A stretch of DNA of 60,147 bases, counting the filler. It is 5 parts of 5 records of this genome, joined end to end, with 100 filler letters (N's around TTAATTAATTAA, not from the genome) between each part and the next. Parts side by side here need not be neighbours in the genome. Positions count along the whole stretch, not along the records: positions 12,374 to 22,926 come from DRR723986_9015; positions 23,027 to 37,587 come from DRR723986_9016; 3 more parts are not named here. One strand, written 5' to 3'. The notes under the pieces are model-generated. The model saw only the letters and a list, made by a program, of their open reading frames with translations. It was not told where the DNA came from and made no database searches. This document shows, piece by piece, positions 17,861 to 28,388 of this stretch. A program made the translations under genes and the position numbers. Numbering within the stretch: the stretch's first letter is position 1; the number at the start of each line of letters is the position of its first letter.

Positions 17861-19495
17861 CCGGATCAGGTTGTCGGTGGCGCTGTCTCCAGCGCTGCCA
17901 TCTTCACTCTCGCCCAGCAGTTTCGGAAGAATTTCGTTGCCAATCTGTTTGCCCAGCTCCACGCCCCATTGATCAAAGCAATCAATATCCCAGATAACGC
18001 TCTGCACGAAGGTGCGGTGTTCATAAAGTGCAATCAGTGCCCCCAGGGTGTGCGGAGTCAGGCGTTCCATCAGCAGGATGTTGCAGGGCCGGTTACCGGG
18101 AATGGCCTTGTGTGGGGCCAGCTGGCGGGCGGCATCACCATCAAGACCGCCGGCCAGCAGTTCCTGTTCGGCCTCTGCTTCCGTCTTTCCGGCCATCATG
18201 GCCCGTGCCTGAGACAGACAATTGGCAAACAGAGCAGCATGGTGGCTGGCCACCGGATTGTGGGACCTCAGGGGAATGATGAAGTCGGCAGGAATCAGCC
18301 GGGTACCCTGATGAATCAGTTGGTGATAGGCGTGCTGGCCGTTAGCTCCCACGCCGCCCCAGAGCACGGGCCCGGTAGGGTAATCCACGCTGATGCCATT
18401 CTGGGTTACGCGCTTGCCGTTACTCTCCATATCCAGCTGCTGAAGGTGCTCCGGCAGGTATTTCAGGTATTCGTCATAGGGCAGTACCGCATGGCTCTCG
18501 GCGCCCCAGAAATTGTTGTACCACACGCTGAGCATGGCCATGATTACCGGCAGGTTTTCCCGCTCGGGCGCTTCCCTGAAATGGGAGTCCATGGCATATG
18601 CACCGGCGAGTAGCTCCCGGAATGCCGCCATGCCAAGCGTTAACGCAATCGGCAGGCCGATGGCGGACCAGAGGGAATAACGACCACCTACCCAATCCCA
18701 CATGGGAAAGGTGTTGGCGGGTTCGATGCCGAACCGGGCCGCTTCTTCGACGTTGGCCGTGACTGCCATGAAATGCTGGGAGACCGAGGCTGCGTTGCCA
18801 CCATTATCGAGAAACCATTGCCGGGCGAGCAGGCTGTTCTCCAGGGTTTCCTGGGTACGGAAGGATTTTGACTGCACCAGAAACAGCGTGGTGTCCGGAT
18901 TCAGGCATGCCAGGGTTTCGGTAATGTCGGTGCCATCGATGTTGGCGACAAAGTGACAGTTAATGGAGCCCTGCCAGTACGGGCGTAGCGCCTCGACGGC
19001 CAGCTTCGGCCCGAGAAACGAGCCTCCGATGCCAATACTGACAACGTCGGTAAAACGGGCGCCGGAGTGGCCGGTGCGTTCACCACTGTGAATGCTTTCA
19101 ACCAGCGCTTCCATCTTCCCCAGTGTGCGATGGATTTCGGGAATGACGTTGTCGCCGTTCACCCGAACCTCGCCCTGTTCACCCTCACGAAGGGCGGTGT
19201 GCAGGGCGGGGCGTTGTTCCGTGAGGTTCACCAGACCGCCCCGGAACAAGGCCGTACGACGTTCCTCCAGACCACAGGCCCGGGCCAGGTTGAGCAGAGC
19301 CTCCAGCACTTCGTCCGTCAGCCGGTTGCGGGAGAAATCCAGCGACAGGCCTGCACCCTCTACCAGGTAACGCTGGGCACGGCCCGGATCCTGCTGAAAC
19401 AGCTCCCGCATGGGTAGGTGTTCGAGCCGGGCTTTGGCGTCGTTGAGAGCTTGCCATTCTGCTCGGCTGGTGAGCGCAGGGTGTTTCTCAGGCAT
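17834..19495 (-). CDS. pgi: Glucose-6-phosphate isomerase
   Basis: IGIGGSFLGP, SKSFRTQET, DWVGGRYSLWS, FDQWGVELGK. Confidence 0.98.
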   Translation of the reverse strand: MPEKHPALTSRAEWQALNDAKARLEHLPMRELFQQDPGRAQRYLVEGAGLSLDFSRNRLTDEVLEALLNLARACGLEERRTALFRGGLVNLTEQRPALHTALREGEQGEVRVNGDNVIPEIHRTLGKMEALVESIHSGERTGHSGARFTDVVSIGIGGSFLGPKLAVEALRPYWQGSINCHFVANIDGTDITETLACLNPDTTLFLVQSKSFRTQETLENSLLARQWFLDNGGNAASVSQHFMAVTANVEEAARFGIEPANTFPMWDWVGGRYSLWSAIGLPIALTLGMAAFRELLAGAYAMDSHFREAPERENLPVIMAMLSVWYNNFWGAESHAVLPYDEYLKYLPEHLQQLDMESNGKRVTQNGISVDYPTGPVLWGGVGANGQHAYHQLIHQGTRLIPADFIIPLRSHNPVASHHAALFANCLSQARAMMAGKTEAEAEQELLAGGLDGDAARQLAPHKAIPGNRPCNILLMERLTPHTLGALIALYEHRTFVQSVIWDIDCFDQWGVELGKQIGNEILPKLLGESEDGSAGDSATDNLIRLFRDRSGT

Positions 19496-19542
19496 CAGGG
19501 GGTCCCTTCCGTTGTCTGGGGGTGAGGCTCCATAGTGAGGTT

Positions 19543-20391
19543 TCAGCGCGTGATCGAGAGGTTATCAATCAAACGGGTGGTACCCAGGAACGCTGCGACC
19601 AGTAGTGTGAGCTCGCGGTCATCCTTGCTGGCGGGCTTCAGGGTCAGGCTGTTGACGATGTTGAAGTAGTCCGGCCTGAGCCCTGCCTCAGACAGTGCAT
19701 CGCGTGCCTCCTGCTCGAGGATGCTGTAGTCGGTGCGTCCCTGTGCCAACTGGTCAGCGGTATGACGGAGTGTTCGGAACACCACCGGAGCGATGCCCCG
19801 CTCCTGCTCGGACAGATAGCCGTTACGGGAGCTTTTCGCCAGGCCATCGTCTTCCCGCACCGTCGGCGCGCCAATCACTTCCACCGGAATCATCAGATCC
19901 CGGGCAAGTTTGCGTATCACCGCCAACTGCTGAAAATCCTTTTCGCCAAACACGGCAATGTCGGGCTGAACCATGTTGAACAACATGGTAACCACGGTGG
20001 CCACGCCTTCAAAGTGGCCCGGCCGGCTGGCGCCACAGTGGCCCTCGCTGACTTCGGGAACCACCACCTTGGTCTGATTGGCGAGCCCTTGAGGGTAGAT
20101 CTCTTCAACGCCCGGGGCAAAGACCAGAGTATTGCCCGCTGCCGCCAGCTTTTCCTGGTCTTCAACCAGGGTTCGCGGGTAGGTGTCCAGGTCTTCATTG
20201 GCGCCGAACTGCATCGGGTTCACGAAAATACTGGTGACGACGATATCGGAGGCCTCGGCCGCCTTGCGCACCAGCGAGATATGGCCCTCGTGCAGGTTGC
20301 CCATGGTGGGTACTAGACCGATGGTCTTACCCTGCTGGCGATAGCCCCGCAGAATCGTGCGCAGTTCTTTGAGTGAGTGTACGGTTCTCAT
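19543..20391 (-). CDS. panC: Pantoate-beta-alanine ligase
   Basis: [42 protein letters not shown] 20391 overlaps panB stop. Confidence 0.97.
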   Translation of the reverse strand: MRTVHSLKELRTILRGYRQQGKTIGLVPTMGNLHEGHISLVRKAAEASDIVVTSIFVNPMQFGANEDLDTYPRTLVEDQEKLAAAGNTLVFAPGVEEIYPQGLANQTKVVVPEVSEGHCGASRPGHFEGVATVVTMLFNMVQPDIAVFGEKDFQQLAVIRKLARDLMIPVEVIGAPTVREDDGLAKSSRNGYLSEQERGIAPVVFRTLRHTADQLAQGRTDYSILEQEARDALSEAGLRPDYFNIVNSLTLKPASKDDRELTLLVAAFLGTTRLIDNLSITR

Positions 20392-21182
20392 GCCTTGAAC
20401 GTATGCTCCTCGGCTGGGAAAGTGCGTGCTTTGACGGCTTGGGCATAAGCCGCAATGGCTTCCGGGATGGAGTCGGTCTCGGCGAGGAAGTTCTTCACGA
20501 AACGGGGTTTGCGGCCGGTGGTGACGCCCAGCATGTCGTGCAGTACCAGTACCTGGCCATCGGTATCCGAGCCTGCTCCGATGCCGATGACCGGCGCCTT
20601 CACGGCCTGGGTGATACGAGCGGCGAGCGGGGCCGGTACACACTCCAGCAGGATGAGATCGGCACCGGCGGCTTCCAGTTCGCAAGCATGCTCAATCATG
20701 GCCTCGGCGGTCTTCTCATCACGTCCCTGTACCTTGTAGCCGCCGAACTTGTTGACGAACTGTGGCGTCAGGCCCAGGTGGGCACAAACAGGCACACCAC
20801 GTTCACTCAGGGCTTCGATGGTGTCCTTCATCCAGTCGGTGCCTTCCAGCTTGACCATGTGGGCGCCGGCGCGCATCAGCTCCGCAGCATTGTCCAGTGC
20901 ATCGGCAACGGTACCGTAAGACATGAACGGCATATCGGCCATGATCAGGGCGCCTTGGTTACCGCGGGCGACACAGCTGGTGTGATACACCATCTGATCC
21001 ATGGTGACCGGGAGCGTACTGTCGTGGCCTTGCAGCACCATACCAAGAGAGTCGCCAATCAGGATGACATCAACGCCAGCCTCGCTGACAACCTGAGCAA
21101 AGGTTGCATCATAGGAGGTCAGTGCCGAGAAGGCTTCGCCTTTTTGCTTGTATTCCCGCAGGGTATTGATGGTAACTGCCAT
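20388..21182 (-). CDS. panB: 3-methyl-2-oxobutanoate hydroxymethyltransferase
   Basis: [33 protein letters not shown]. Confidence 0.98.
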   Translation of the reverse strand: MAVTINTLREYKQKGEAFSALTSYDATFAQVVSEAGVDVILIGDSLGMVLQGHDSTLPVTMDQMVYHTSCVARGNQGALIMADMPFMSYGTVADALDNAAELMRAGAHMVKLEGTDWMKDTIEALSERGVPVCAHLGLTPQFVNKFGGYKVQGRDEKTAEAMIEHACELEAAGADLILLECVPAPLAARITQAVKAPVIGIGAGSDTDGQVLVLHDMLGVTTGRKPRFVKNFLAETDSIPEAIAAYAQAVKARTFPAEEHTFKA

Positions 21183-21319
21183 AGAATCCTTGCCTTTTGG
21201 GTGGATGGGCCAGTTTTGGACCGGGGTCGACCGGTGTTCAGAGCGTTAATGTAAATCCCGGGTATATCAGACACAAGAGTAGCATGCTCTTCCGCACCTG
21301 GATGCCATAAGGAACCTGG

Positions 21320-21817
21320 TCAGGGGTGCGCCTGGGCTGGCAGCCTGCGCAGCTGGTTGTCCGGGCAATGTCGGCGCAGTTCCGCAACGCTGGTGCCGTC
21401 CGGCAGTGCCAGTTCCGGGGCTAGGTCCAGCAGGGGTTGCAGGACGAAATCACGGTTGGCCAGTTCCGCGTGGGGAACGGTCAGGCGTGCGTCGTTGAGG
21501 GTTGTCTGACCAAACAGCAGCAGATCCAGATCCAGGGTGCGTGGTCCCCAGTGCCTCAGTCGCTCACGGCCGTGGGCCTGTTCAATGGCTTGCAGGCAAT
21601 CCAGCAGTTCGTGGGCAGAAAGATCGGTACGCAGATGAACGGCACCGTTCACGAAATCTGGTTGATCCTGCGGGCCGACGGGGCGGCTGGCATAGAACGG
21701 AGATTGCGCTACCAGTGTGGATTTGGGTAAGCCCGCGAGTTCCGACACGGCTCTTGCCAGTTGGGCTGCAGGCTGTTCCAGATTGCTGCCCAGCCCAATA
21801 TAGGCATCGACAGTCAT
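21320..21817 (-). CDS. folK: HPPK (pcnB-linked paralogue)
   Basis: YIGLGSNL, QPDFVNGA, WGPRTLDLDLL, VPH...RDFVLQPL. Confidence 0.94.
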   Translation of the reverse strand: MTVDAYIGLGSNLEQPAAQLARAVSELAGLPKSTLVAQSPFYASRPVGPQDQPDFVNGAVHLRTDLSAHELLDCLQAIEQAHGRERLRHWGPRTLDLDLLLFGQTTLNDARLTVPHAELANRDFVLQPLLDLAPELALPDGTSVAELRRHCPDNQLRRLPAQAHP

Positions 21818-22926
21818 GGCTGGGGCGGTTTTCTTGCAGGTTTGCGCTTGCGACGGCGCTTTTTCGGACCACCGGAGCCCAGCTCGGAAAGCATTTTTTC
21901 CTGCGCACGCTCATCCGCCTGCTGGAATTCCGTCCACCATTGCCCGAGGCCCGGCTCAATTTCGCCCGCGGCTTCCCGCACCAGCAGAAAATCGTAGGCC
22001 GCCCGGAAGCGCGGATGGGTCATGGTACCGAACGCTCGTTTGCCCTGGCGACGGGGTAGCCGCATCTGCAGTTCCCAGATTTCTTTCATGGGGCCCGAGA
22101 AACGTTTCGGTATCGCGGTTGCCTGCACCTGGCGGCCGATCACCTTGCCGATGGCGCCGTGCAGCGCCGGCTGAACCGGATCGCCATTGTCCTGGCGCCT
22201 GCGCCATTCCACCTGCAGAGCCGGCCAGAGCATGGCCGCGAACAGGAAATACGGGGTCACTGATTTGCCCTGGGCAATCCGGGCATCGGTGTTGCGAAGG
22301 GCTTGCAGTATCAGTTCATCGGGTTCGCCGGCATCCAGTGCCCGGGCGGTCTCCGGGAACAGTGGGGCCAGCAGACCATAGTTCTGAAGCAGGCGATAGG
22401 TTGCCTCGCCGTGGCCGGCGGAGAACAGTTTGAGGACTTCATCGAACAGCCGGGCCGGAGGGATGTGCGCCAACAGTGGGGCCAGCTCCCGAATGGGGGC
22501 CTCCGTTTCCGGCTCAATCTGGAAGTCCAGTTTGGCCGCAAAACGAATGGCGCGCAGCATTCTCACGGGATCTTCCCGATAGCGGGTTTCCGGGTCGCCA
22601 ATCAGGCGGATCTGACGGTTTTTCAGATCCTGCACGCCGTTGGCAAAGTCGATAATGGAGAAATCCCGGATGCAGTAATACAACGCATTGATGGTGAAGT
22701 CGCGCCGAAGTGCGTCTTCTTCCTGATTGCCATAGACATTATCCCGCAGTAACAGACCATGTTCACTGGTCTTGTGCTCGTCGTCGGCCAGGTCGTCATC
22801 GGTATCCCGGGCATTACCGCGGAAGGTGGTTACTTCGATGATTTCCCGCCCGAACACGACGTGCACAATGCGAAAGCGGCGACCAATCAGGCGGGAGTTC
22901 CGGAACAGGTCGTGAACTTCTTCGGG
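21814..22926 (-). CDS. pcnB: Poly(A) polymerase I (5'-truncated)
   Basis: IGRRFRIVHV, EVTTFR, RRDFTINAL, EDPVRMLRA, HPRFRAAYDFL, basic C-tail. Confidence 0.96.
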   Translation of the reverse strand, partial: PEEVHDLFRNSRLIGRRFRIVHVVFGREIIEVTTFRGNARDTDDDLADDEHKTSEHGLLLRDNVYGNQEEDALRRDFTINALYYCIRDFSIIDFANGVQDLKNRQIRLIGDPETRYREDPVRMLRAIRFAAKLDFQIEPETEAPIRELAPLLAHIPPARLFDEVLKLFSAGHGEATYRLLQNYGLLAPLFPETARALDAGEPDELILQALRNTDARIAQGKSVTPYFLFAAMLWPALQVEWRRRQDNGDPVQPALHGAIGKVIGRQVQATAIPKRFSGPMKEIWELQMRLPRRQGKRAFGTMTHPRFRAAYDFLLVREAAGEIEPGLGQWWTEFQQADERAQEKMLSELGSGGPKKRRRKRKPARKPPQP

Positions 22927-23026
22927 NNNNNNNNNNNNNNNNNNNNNNNNNNNNNNNNNNNNNNNNNNNNTTAATTAATTAANNNNNNNNNNNNNNNNNN
23001 NNNNNNNNNNNNNNNNNNNNNNNNNN
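22927..23026. other. Artificial contig linker
   Basis: N44-TTAATTAATTAA-N44. Confidence 0.98.
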
Positions 23027-23036
23027 AAATGACAAT

Positions 23037-23075
23037 CGATCAAAACAGCAGCAATTAACGATCAAAACAGCAGCA
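23037..23075. repeat. Direct repeat CGATCAAAACAGCAGCA x2 (22-nt period) just downstream of tyrS
   Basis: Copies at 23037-23053 and 23059-23075. Confidence 0.8.
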
Positions 23076-23081
23076 GATTGA

Positions 23082-24386
23082 TCAGCGAATCACCAGCAGC
23101 AGGTACTTCTTCTTCCCAAGACGCACTACATAGTAGCCATCGCCCAGCGCCTTTTCCGCAGCAAAGACCTCTGCAGCCTTCATATTATCATCCATACCCG
23201 CAGCGACGGTGTTCACCCACACCGCATTTCGCCCCAGCGCATCCTTTACCTGCTTGCCCGCCGCCATTCCGACATCGGCAAGCAGCTGCGTGAGCGGTCG
23301 CTCCAGCAAGTCACCTCGCGACAACTCAGCCGAGGGCAAGCCATCCAACCGCAGTTGCTCCAGATCGGCCACCGAAAGGTCTGCCAGTTCGCCGGAGAAC
23401 AACGCCTCAGTAATACGCTGCGCCGCCGCGAGCCCGTCATCGCCGTGAATCAGCGCCGTCATCTGCTCTGCCAATACGCGCTGCGCTTGAGGGCGACCTC
23501 CCGCCTGCGCGTCTTCGGCTTCTATTTCAGCAATCCGCTCTACACTCAGGAACGTGAAGTAGCGCAGGAATTTGTATACATCGGCATCGGCGGTACCCAA
23601 CCAGAATTGATAGAAGGCGTAAGGCGATGTCTTTTCCGGATCCAGCCAAATCGTGCCGGACTCCGTTTTACCGAACTTCGTACCATCAGCTTTGGTGACG
23701 AGCGGCATTGTCAAACCGTGCACAGCACCGCCATGCATTCGGCGAGTCAGGTCGATACCGGCTGTGATATTCCCCCACTGATCTGAACCACCCAACTGCA
23801 AGCTGCACCCATGCCGCTTATGCAACTCTGCAAAATCCAGGGCCTGAAGCAGCGAGTAGCTAAACTCGGTAAATGAAATCCCAGAGCCCTCACGATCGAT
23901 TCGCTGCTTCACAGACTCCTTGGCAATCATGCTATTCACCGAGAAGTGCTTGCCGACATCACGCAAGAACTCAAGCGCTGTCATGGGCCCAAACCAGTCC
24001 AGGTTATTCGCCATCTCCGCGGAATTATCACCGCAGTCAAAACTCACGAAGCGCGATATTTGGGAGCGCAAACGCTCAACCCATCCCGCCACCACATCAG
24101 GCGTGTTCAACTGCCTTTCCTGTGCTTTAAAGCTGGGGTCACCAATCAAACCGGTCGCACCACCCACCAACGCTATGGGTTTATGACCGGCATCCTGAAA
24201 ACGCTTTAGCGCCAATAGCGGCACTAAATGGCCAATATGCAAACTGTCTGCAGTGGGGTCAAAGCCACAATACAAGGTCCGAGGAGCTTCAGAGAGGTAC
24301 TCCGAAAGACCGTTTTCGCCGGTCATTTGCGCGATGAGCCCACGCGCCTCCAAATCGGCCAGTAACCGAGTATCGAGCCTTGTCAT
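23082..24386 (-). CDS. tyrS: Tyrosine--tRNA ligase
   Basis: [29 protein letters not shown]. Confidence 0.98.
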   Translation of the reverse strand: MTRLDTRLLADLEARGLIAQMTGENGLSEYLSEAPRTLYCGFDPTADSLHIGHLVPLLALKRFQDAGHKPIALVGGATGLIGDPSFKAQERQLNTPDVVAGWVERLRSQISRFVSFDCGDNSAEMANNLDWFGPMTALEFLRDVGKHFSVNSMIAKESVKQRIDREGSGISFTEFSYSLLQALDFAELHKRHGCSLQLGGSDQWGNITAGIDLTRRMHGGAVHGLTMPLVTKADGTKFGKTESGTIWLDPEKTSPYAFYQFWLGTADADVYKFLRYFTFLSVERIAEIEAEDAQAGGRPQAQRVLAEQMTALIHGDDGLAAAQRITEALFSGELADLSVADLEQLRLDGLPSAELSRGDLLERPLTQLLADVGMAAGKQVKDALGRNAVWVNTVAAGMDDNMKAAEVFAAEKALGDGYYVVRLGKKKYLLLVIR

Positions 24387-24634
24387 GTTTAAAGAACCTT
24401 AATTCACTATTTCTGTCATACCAAACGCAGGGTACTGCGTCGACGCGAAAGGCAGGGACTGCCTAGGGCCGAGCACGATACAACATGCCCTGTAAAAATG
24501 GAACGCAGCCCCCAGACCGCAGGCCCCACAAAAGCTAGAAATTACGTTAACATTCGGTAAATACGCCTTATAGCACCACAAGTCTTTGTTATAATGGTCA
24601 AAAAAACGCCAAATGACATTTACCCGGAACCACG

Positions 24635-25978
24635 ATGCTTGACCGCCAAAAAAAACGACACGCAGCCTTCCGGGAAGGCCCTCGCTTCCCACGGCGGCAT
24701 TTAGCTATTGCCGCGTCAACGCTGATCGCCTTGGGGATCTCCCTGCTGATGCTGCCCGGAGAAAATGCCGAGGCCAAACGCACAGCGATTCCTCTTAACC
24801 TGGAACTCACGCCGATCAGTCCGAGCGAACAGGAACCGGAGCCCCTCTCACCCATTGAACCGCAGCGCGAGTGGCTGGAGATCGAGGTTCGGCCAGGCGA
24901 CTCGCTATCAAGCATTTTCAATCGCGCCAAGCTGAGCCCGCAAGACCTACACGAACTGATAAGCACCGCTAAGAAAACCAAGGAATTGAATCGCATTCGC
25001 CCCGGCCAGAAACTCGGCTTTCAAATTAGCGACCAAGGCAAGCTGGACGCGATGAGCCTGCAAGTTGATAAGCTCAACAGCCTGATATATGAGCGCGGTG
25101 TAACCGGCTTTTCTACGACAGAAGTCAGCGAAACCCCAGAGGTTCGACAACGCGTCGCGAGTGCGACCATTACCAGCTCTCTATATAAAGCAGCGCAAGA
25201 AGCCGGGGTCAGCCAGAGCATCATCATGGAGCTTGCCAATATTTTTGGCGGGGTTCTGGACTTCGTCTACGATGTGCGGAAGAACGATTATTTCATCGTC
25301 ATCTATGAGGAACTCTACCTCAATGGAGAACACCTTGGCAGCGGCCAAATCCTCGCGGCCCAGTACTTTAACCGCGGCGACTCCTTCCAAGCGTACCGCT
25401 ATGTGAACAAACAGGGTGAGATCGACTACTTCTCGGAAAGCGGCGAGAGCATGCGCAAGGCGTTTTTGCGAGCCCCACTCGATTTTACCCGCATCAGCTC
25501 CCGCTTTGACCCCAAACGCCTTCACCCCGTCTTTAAAACAGTGCGCCCGCACCGAGGCGTTGACTACGCAGCCCCCCGCGGCACACCGGTATATGCGGCA
25601 GGCGATGGCAGAGTGCTGGAGGCCGGTTACTCAAGAGCAAACGGCAACTACGTTTTTATCAAACATGGCGAAGCGTACGTGACCAAATACCTCCACCTGC
25701 ACAAGCGCGCCGTGTCTCGCGGAGAACGAGTTCGGCAGCGGGAGACTATTGGCTGGGTAGGCTCAACAGGCTATGCCACGGGGCCACACTTGCACTACGA
25801 ATTCCTGATGAATGGCGTGCACCGCAACCCCGCCACGATCGTCGACAAATTGCCGCCGCCTACTCGCGTCGGGCGTAACGACATGCCGGACTTTTTACAA
25901 CAGATCAGCGGCCTGCAGTTACAGCTGCGCACCTATGCCGCACAGCGCAACTACAACAGCCCCGGCTCCGAAGGGTGA
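24635..25978 (+). CDS. Peptidoglycan DD-metalloendopeptidase, M23 family (MepM-like)
   Basis: TM anchor, LysM-like VRPGDSLSSIF, HRGVDYAA, YLHL, TGPHLHYE; lies between tyrS and anmK. Confidence 0.92.
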   Translation: MLDRQKKRHAAFREGPRFPRRHLAIAASTLIALGISLLMLPGENAEAKRTAIPLNLELTPISPSEQEPEPLSPIEPQREWLEIEVRPGDSLSSIFNRAKLSPQDLHELISTAKKTKELNRIRPGQKLGFQISDQGKLDAMSLQVDKLNSLIYERGVTGFSTTEVSETPEVRQRVASATITSSLYKAAQEAGVSQSIIMELANIFGGVLDFVYDVRKNDYFIVIYEELYLNGEHLGSGQILAAQYFNRGDSFQAYRYVNKQGEIDYFSESGESMRKAFLRAPLDFTRISSRFDPKRLHPVFKTVRPHRGVDYAAPRGTPVYAAGDGRVLEAGYSRANGNYVFIKHGEAYVTKYLHLHKRAVSRGERVRQRETIGWVGSTGYATGPHLHYEFLMNGVHRNPATIVDKLPPPTRVGRNDMPDFLQQISGLQLQLRTYAAQRNYNSPGSEG

Positions 25979-27096
25979 GCAGCTCGCTATATATTGGGCT
26001 GATGTGTGGCACCAGCCTCGATGCAATAGACATTGCCCTGATTGACACCGCGAACCAGTGCAAACTACTTGCCGCCGCCGAGGCACCACTGCCCAGTGCG
26101 CTTCGCAACGCTCTACTCGCACTGTGCAGTGCTGGCGACAACGAAATTGAGCGGATGGGCCAAGCCGATCGCGAGCTTGCCCTCGCCCTTGCGCAAGCGG
26201 TGAATCAGTTTCTGCGCTCCCAAAGCTTAAACGCTCAACAGATCGCCGCCATCGGCTCCCACGGCCAAACAATACGGCACCGCCCCACAAGCCCGCAAAG
26301 GCCTGTCGAGCAGGCATATACACTGCAGATTGGCGACCCAAACACAATTGCCGAGGAGACCGGCATAACCACCATTGCCGACTTCCGTCGCCGCGATATC
26401 GCCGCTGGCGGCCAGGGCGCACCGCTCGTCCCCGCCTTCCATGCGGCCGTCTTCTCCCGCGCGGGCAGCAATCGGGTGATCGCAAATATCGGTGGTATGG
26501 CCAACATCACTGTATTGCACAAGAACGGCAGCGTTAACGGCTATGATACCGGCCCTGGCAATGTCCTTATGGACAGCTGGGTTCAACATCGCAGGAATAT
26601 TGAGTACGACCGCGATGGCGACTGGGCCCGCAGCGGAACCGTAAACACCGGCTTACTCGAGAAGCTGCTCGACAACCCCTATTATCGGCAAACCGGCCCC
26701 AAAAGCACCGGCCGAGAGCACTACAACCTTGCCACCCTGACGGCACTGTTAAATACACTCCCGCCAATACCCGACAACGACGTTCAGGCAACGCTGCTTG
26801 AAGCAACAGCGGTAACATTGAGCGATGCGATTAAAGCTGAAAACTTGAAGGGCGAGGTATCGCTATTTCTTTGTGGCGGGGGGGCATATAACGGCGCATT
26901 GCGGCAGCGGCTTGAAGAAAAACTATCAGAGATGATCGTTGAAAAGACAGATGCTCTCGGCATTCCGGCCAATGCAGTAGAGTCCGCCGCATTTGCGTGG
27001 CTGGCCTATGCCGCGCTCAACGGCAAGCCCGGCAATGTGCCAAGCGTAACGGGCGCCAAAGGCGCCCGCATACTAGGGGCTATCTACCCCGGCTAA
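25975..27096 (+). CDS. anmK: Anhydro-N-acetylmuramic acid kinase
   Basis: YIGLMCGTSLD, GSHGQT, DFRRRDIAAGGQGAPLVP, DTGPGN, KSTGRE. Confidence 0.96.
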   Translation: MSSSLYIGLMCGTSLDAIDIALIDTANQCKLLAAAEAPLPSALRNALLALCSAGDNEIERMGQADRELALALAQAVNQFLRSQSLNAQQIAAIGSHGQTIRHRPTSPQRPVEQAYTLQIGDPNTIAEETGITTIADFRRRDIAAGGQGAPLVPAFHAAVFSRAGSNRVIANIGGMANITVLHKNGSVNGYDTGPGNVLMDSWVQHRRNIEYDRDGDWARSGTVNTGLLEKLLDNPYYRQTGPKSTGREHYNLATLTALLNTLPPIPDNDVQATLLEATAVTLSDAIKAENLKGEVSLFLCGGGAYNGALRQRLEEKLSEMIVEKTDALGIPANAVESAAFAWLAYAALNGKPGNVPSVTGAKGARILGAIYPG

Positions 27097-27104
27097 GTTA
27101 GCGC

Positions 27105-27773
27105 TTAAAACTTGTAACCCACGCTAATGGTGTAAACCATCGGATCCACATCAATATCAGCGGTGAACTTACTACCACCGTCAGTGCGAATTTCTGCCTC
27201 AGTTTCCAGGTCGAGCCAACGCGCCGACGCATTCACTAACCAACGCTCGTTCACGTGGTAGTCAGCACCCACTTGCAAGGCGATACCGAATGAGTCTTCA
27301 AGGTCGATACTGCCCTTGTCTACCGCGCTTTCGAATTCAGACGTCAGGTCCTCGTCAAACAGCACTGTATAGTTCAAACCCACACCAGCGTAGGGTTGAA
27401 AGCCGTTCACCGACGCAAAGTGATAAACCATGCTCAAGGTGGGTGGCAAATGTTTGAAGGTAGCAATATCAACACCGGCTAACGCACCGCGACCTGTCGC
27501 CGTATGCTCGAACGGTGTTGCCGCTAACAACTCGACCCCCCAGTTCGCATCCAGCATATACTCGGCGGTAATACCCAGCTGCGTGTCGCTGTCCAGGCCC
27601 ACTTTCGCGGCCATCGGGCTTCCATTCGCAACGATATTATCGCTACTTTCCCGCGGGTCAGTCGTGGTAACACCACCACGCACCACCCAGTCACCAGCTT
27701 CGAAACTGTGTGCGGCAATTGGCGCTACCAAGCTACCAAGAAGAAGGGGAACCCATGCTTTCATCTGTTTCAT
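27105..27773 (-). CDS. ompW: OmpW/OprG-family outer membrane beta-barrel
   Basis: Signal peptide after GAGGA SD, ELLAATPFEH, LPPTL, PYAGVGLNYT, DPMVYTISVGYKF. Confidence 0.92.
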   Translation of the reverse strand: MKQMKAWVPLLLGSLVAPIAAHSFEAGDWVVRGGVTTTDPRESSDNIVANGSPMAAKVGLDSDTQLGITAEYMLDANWGVELLAATPFEHTATGRGALAGVDIATFKHLPPTLSMVYHFASVNGFQPYAGVGLNYTVLFDEDLTSEFESAVDKGSIDLEDSFGIALQVGADYHVNERWLVNASARWLDLETEAEIRTDGGSKFTADIDVDPMVYTISVGYKF

Positions 27774-27841
27774 ATCGTCATCCTCATGAGGAGTTATCTT
27801 CGTTCTGGGTTCCATTAGAACGAATTTTCTGAGGGCGACTC

Positions 27842-27855
27842 TTGATCTAGATTAA
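27842..27855 (-). promoter_or_regulatory. FNR/Anr box for ompW (class II position)
   Basis: TTGAT-CTAG-ATTAA (1 mismatch to TTGAT-N4-ATCAA); -10-like TCTAAT at 27819-27814 puts the box centre at -41.5. Confidence 0.7.
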
Positions 27856-27890
27856 GCCTTACTAAAAATAAGGGAATTTAGCGATTGCAT

Positions 27891-27916
27891 AAAAAAATAC
27901 TGGCTGGCGCCAGTAT
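27891..27916 (-). terminator. Terminator after erpA
   Basis: ATACTGGC-GCCA-GCCAGTAT followed by T6 on minus strand. Confidence 0.75.
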
Positions 27917-27954
27917 CTTAAATGCGCGTCAGCGCAGATTTACTCAGACGAGAG

Positions 27955-28308
27955 TTAAATAGAAAAGGACGAACCACAACCACAGGTGGTACTGGCATTT
28001 GGGTTGCTAACAACAAAACGCGAGCCTTCCAAGCCTTCGGTATAGTCGAGCTCAGCACCTTCAATATACTGATAGCTAAGCGGATCGACCAATACAACGA
28101 CGCCCTCTTTCTCAACCAGCGTATCGTCTTCCTCTGCCAACTCGTCGAAGGTAAAACCGTATTGAAAACCAGAGCATCCACCACCGGTGACAAACACCCG
28201 AAGCTTGAGGTCATCATTCGCCTCTTCTTCCATCAGGTGCTTAACCTTCGCCACAGCACGCTCCGTTAACTGCAATACTGACGGCGTATACTCTTCTACT
28301 ACTGACAT
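27955..28308 (-). CDS. erpA: Fe-S cluster insertion protein ErpA
   Basis: [31 protein letters not shown]; next to argC. Confidence 0.95.
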   Translation of the reverse strand: MSVVEEYTPSVLQLTERAVAKVKHLMEEEANDDLKLRVFVTGGGCSGFQYGFTFDELAEEDDTLVEKEGVVVLVDPLSYQYIEGAELDYTEGLEGSRFVVSNPNASTTCGCGSSFSI

Positions 28309-28355
28309 ACCTTACCTCACTGCTTTTACCCAAAGGGCAAGACACAATTATCCTC

Positions 28356-28380
28356 TTATCCGAGTAAAACAGTCAAGAAT
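28356..28380 (-). promoter_or_regulatory. IscR type-1 box overlapping the -35 of the erpA promoter
   Basis: TTATCCGAGTAAAACAGTCAAGAAT matches ATASYYGACTRWWWYAGTCRRSTAT at 21/25; minus strand TTGACT-N18-GATAAT. Confidence 0.7.
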
Positions 28381-28388
28381 GCCAGACA

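Noticed and set aside
23037-23075. CRISPR array
   Set aside because: Only two 17-nt copies separated by 5 nt, and no cas genes.
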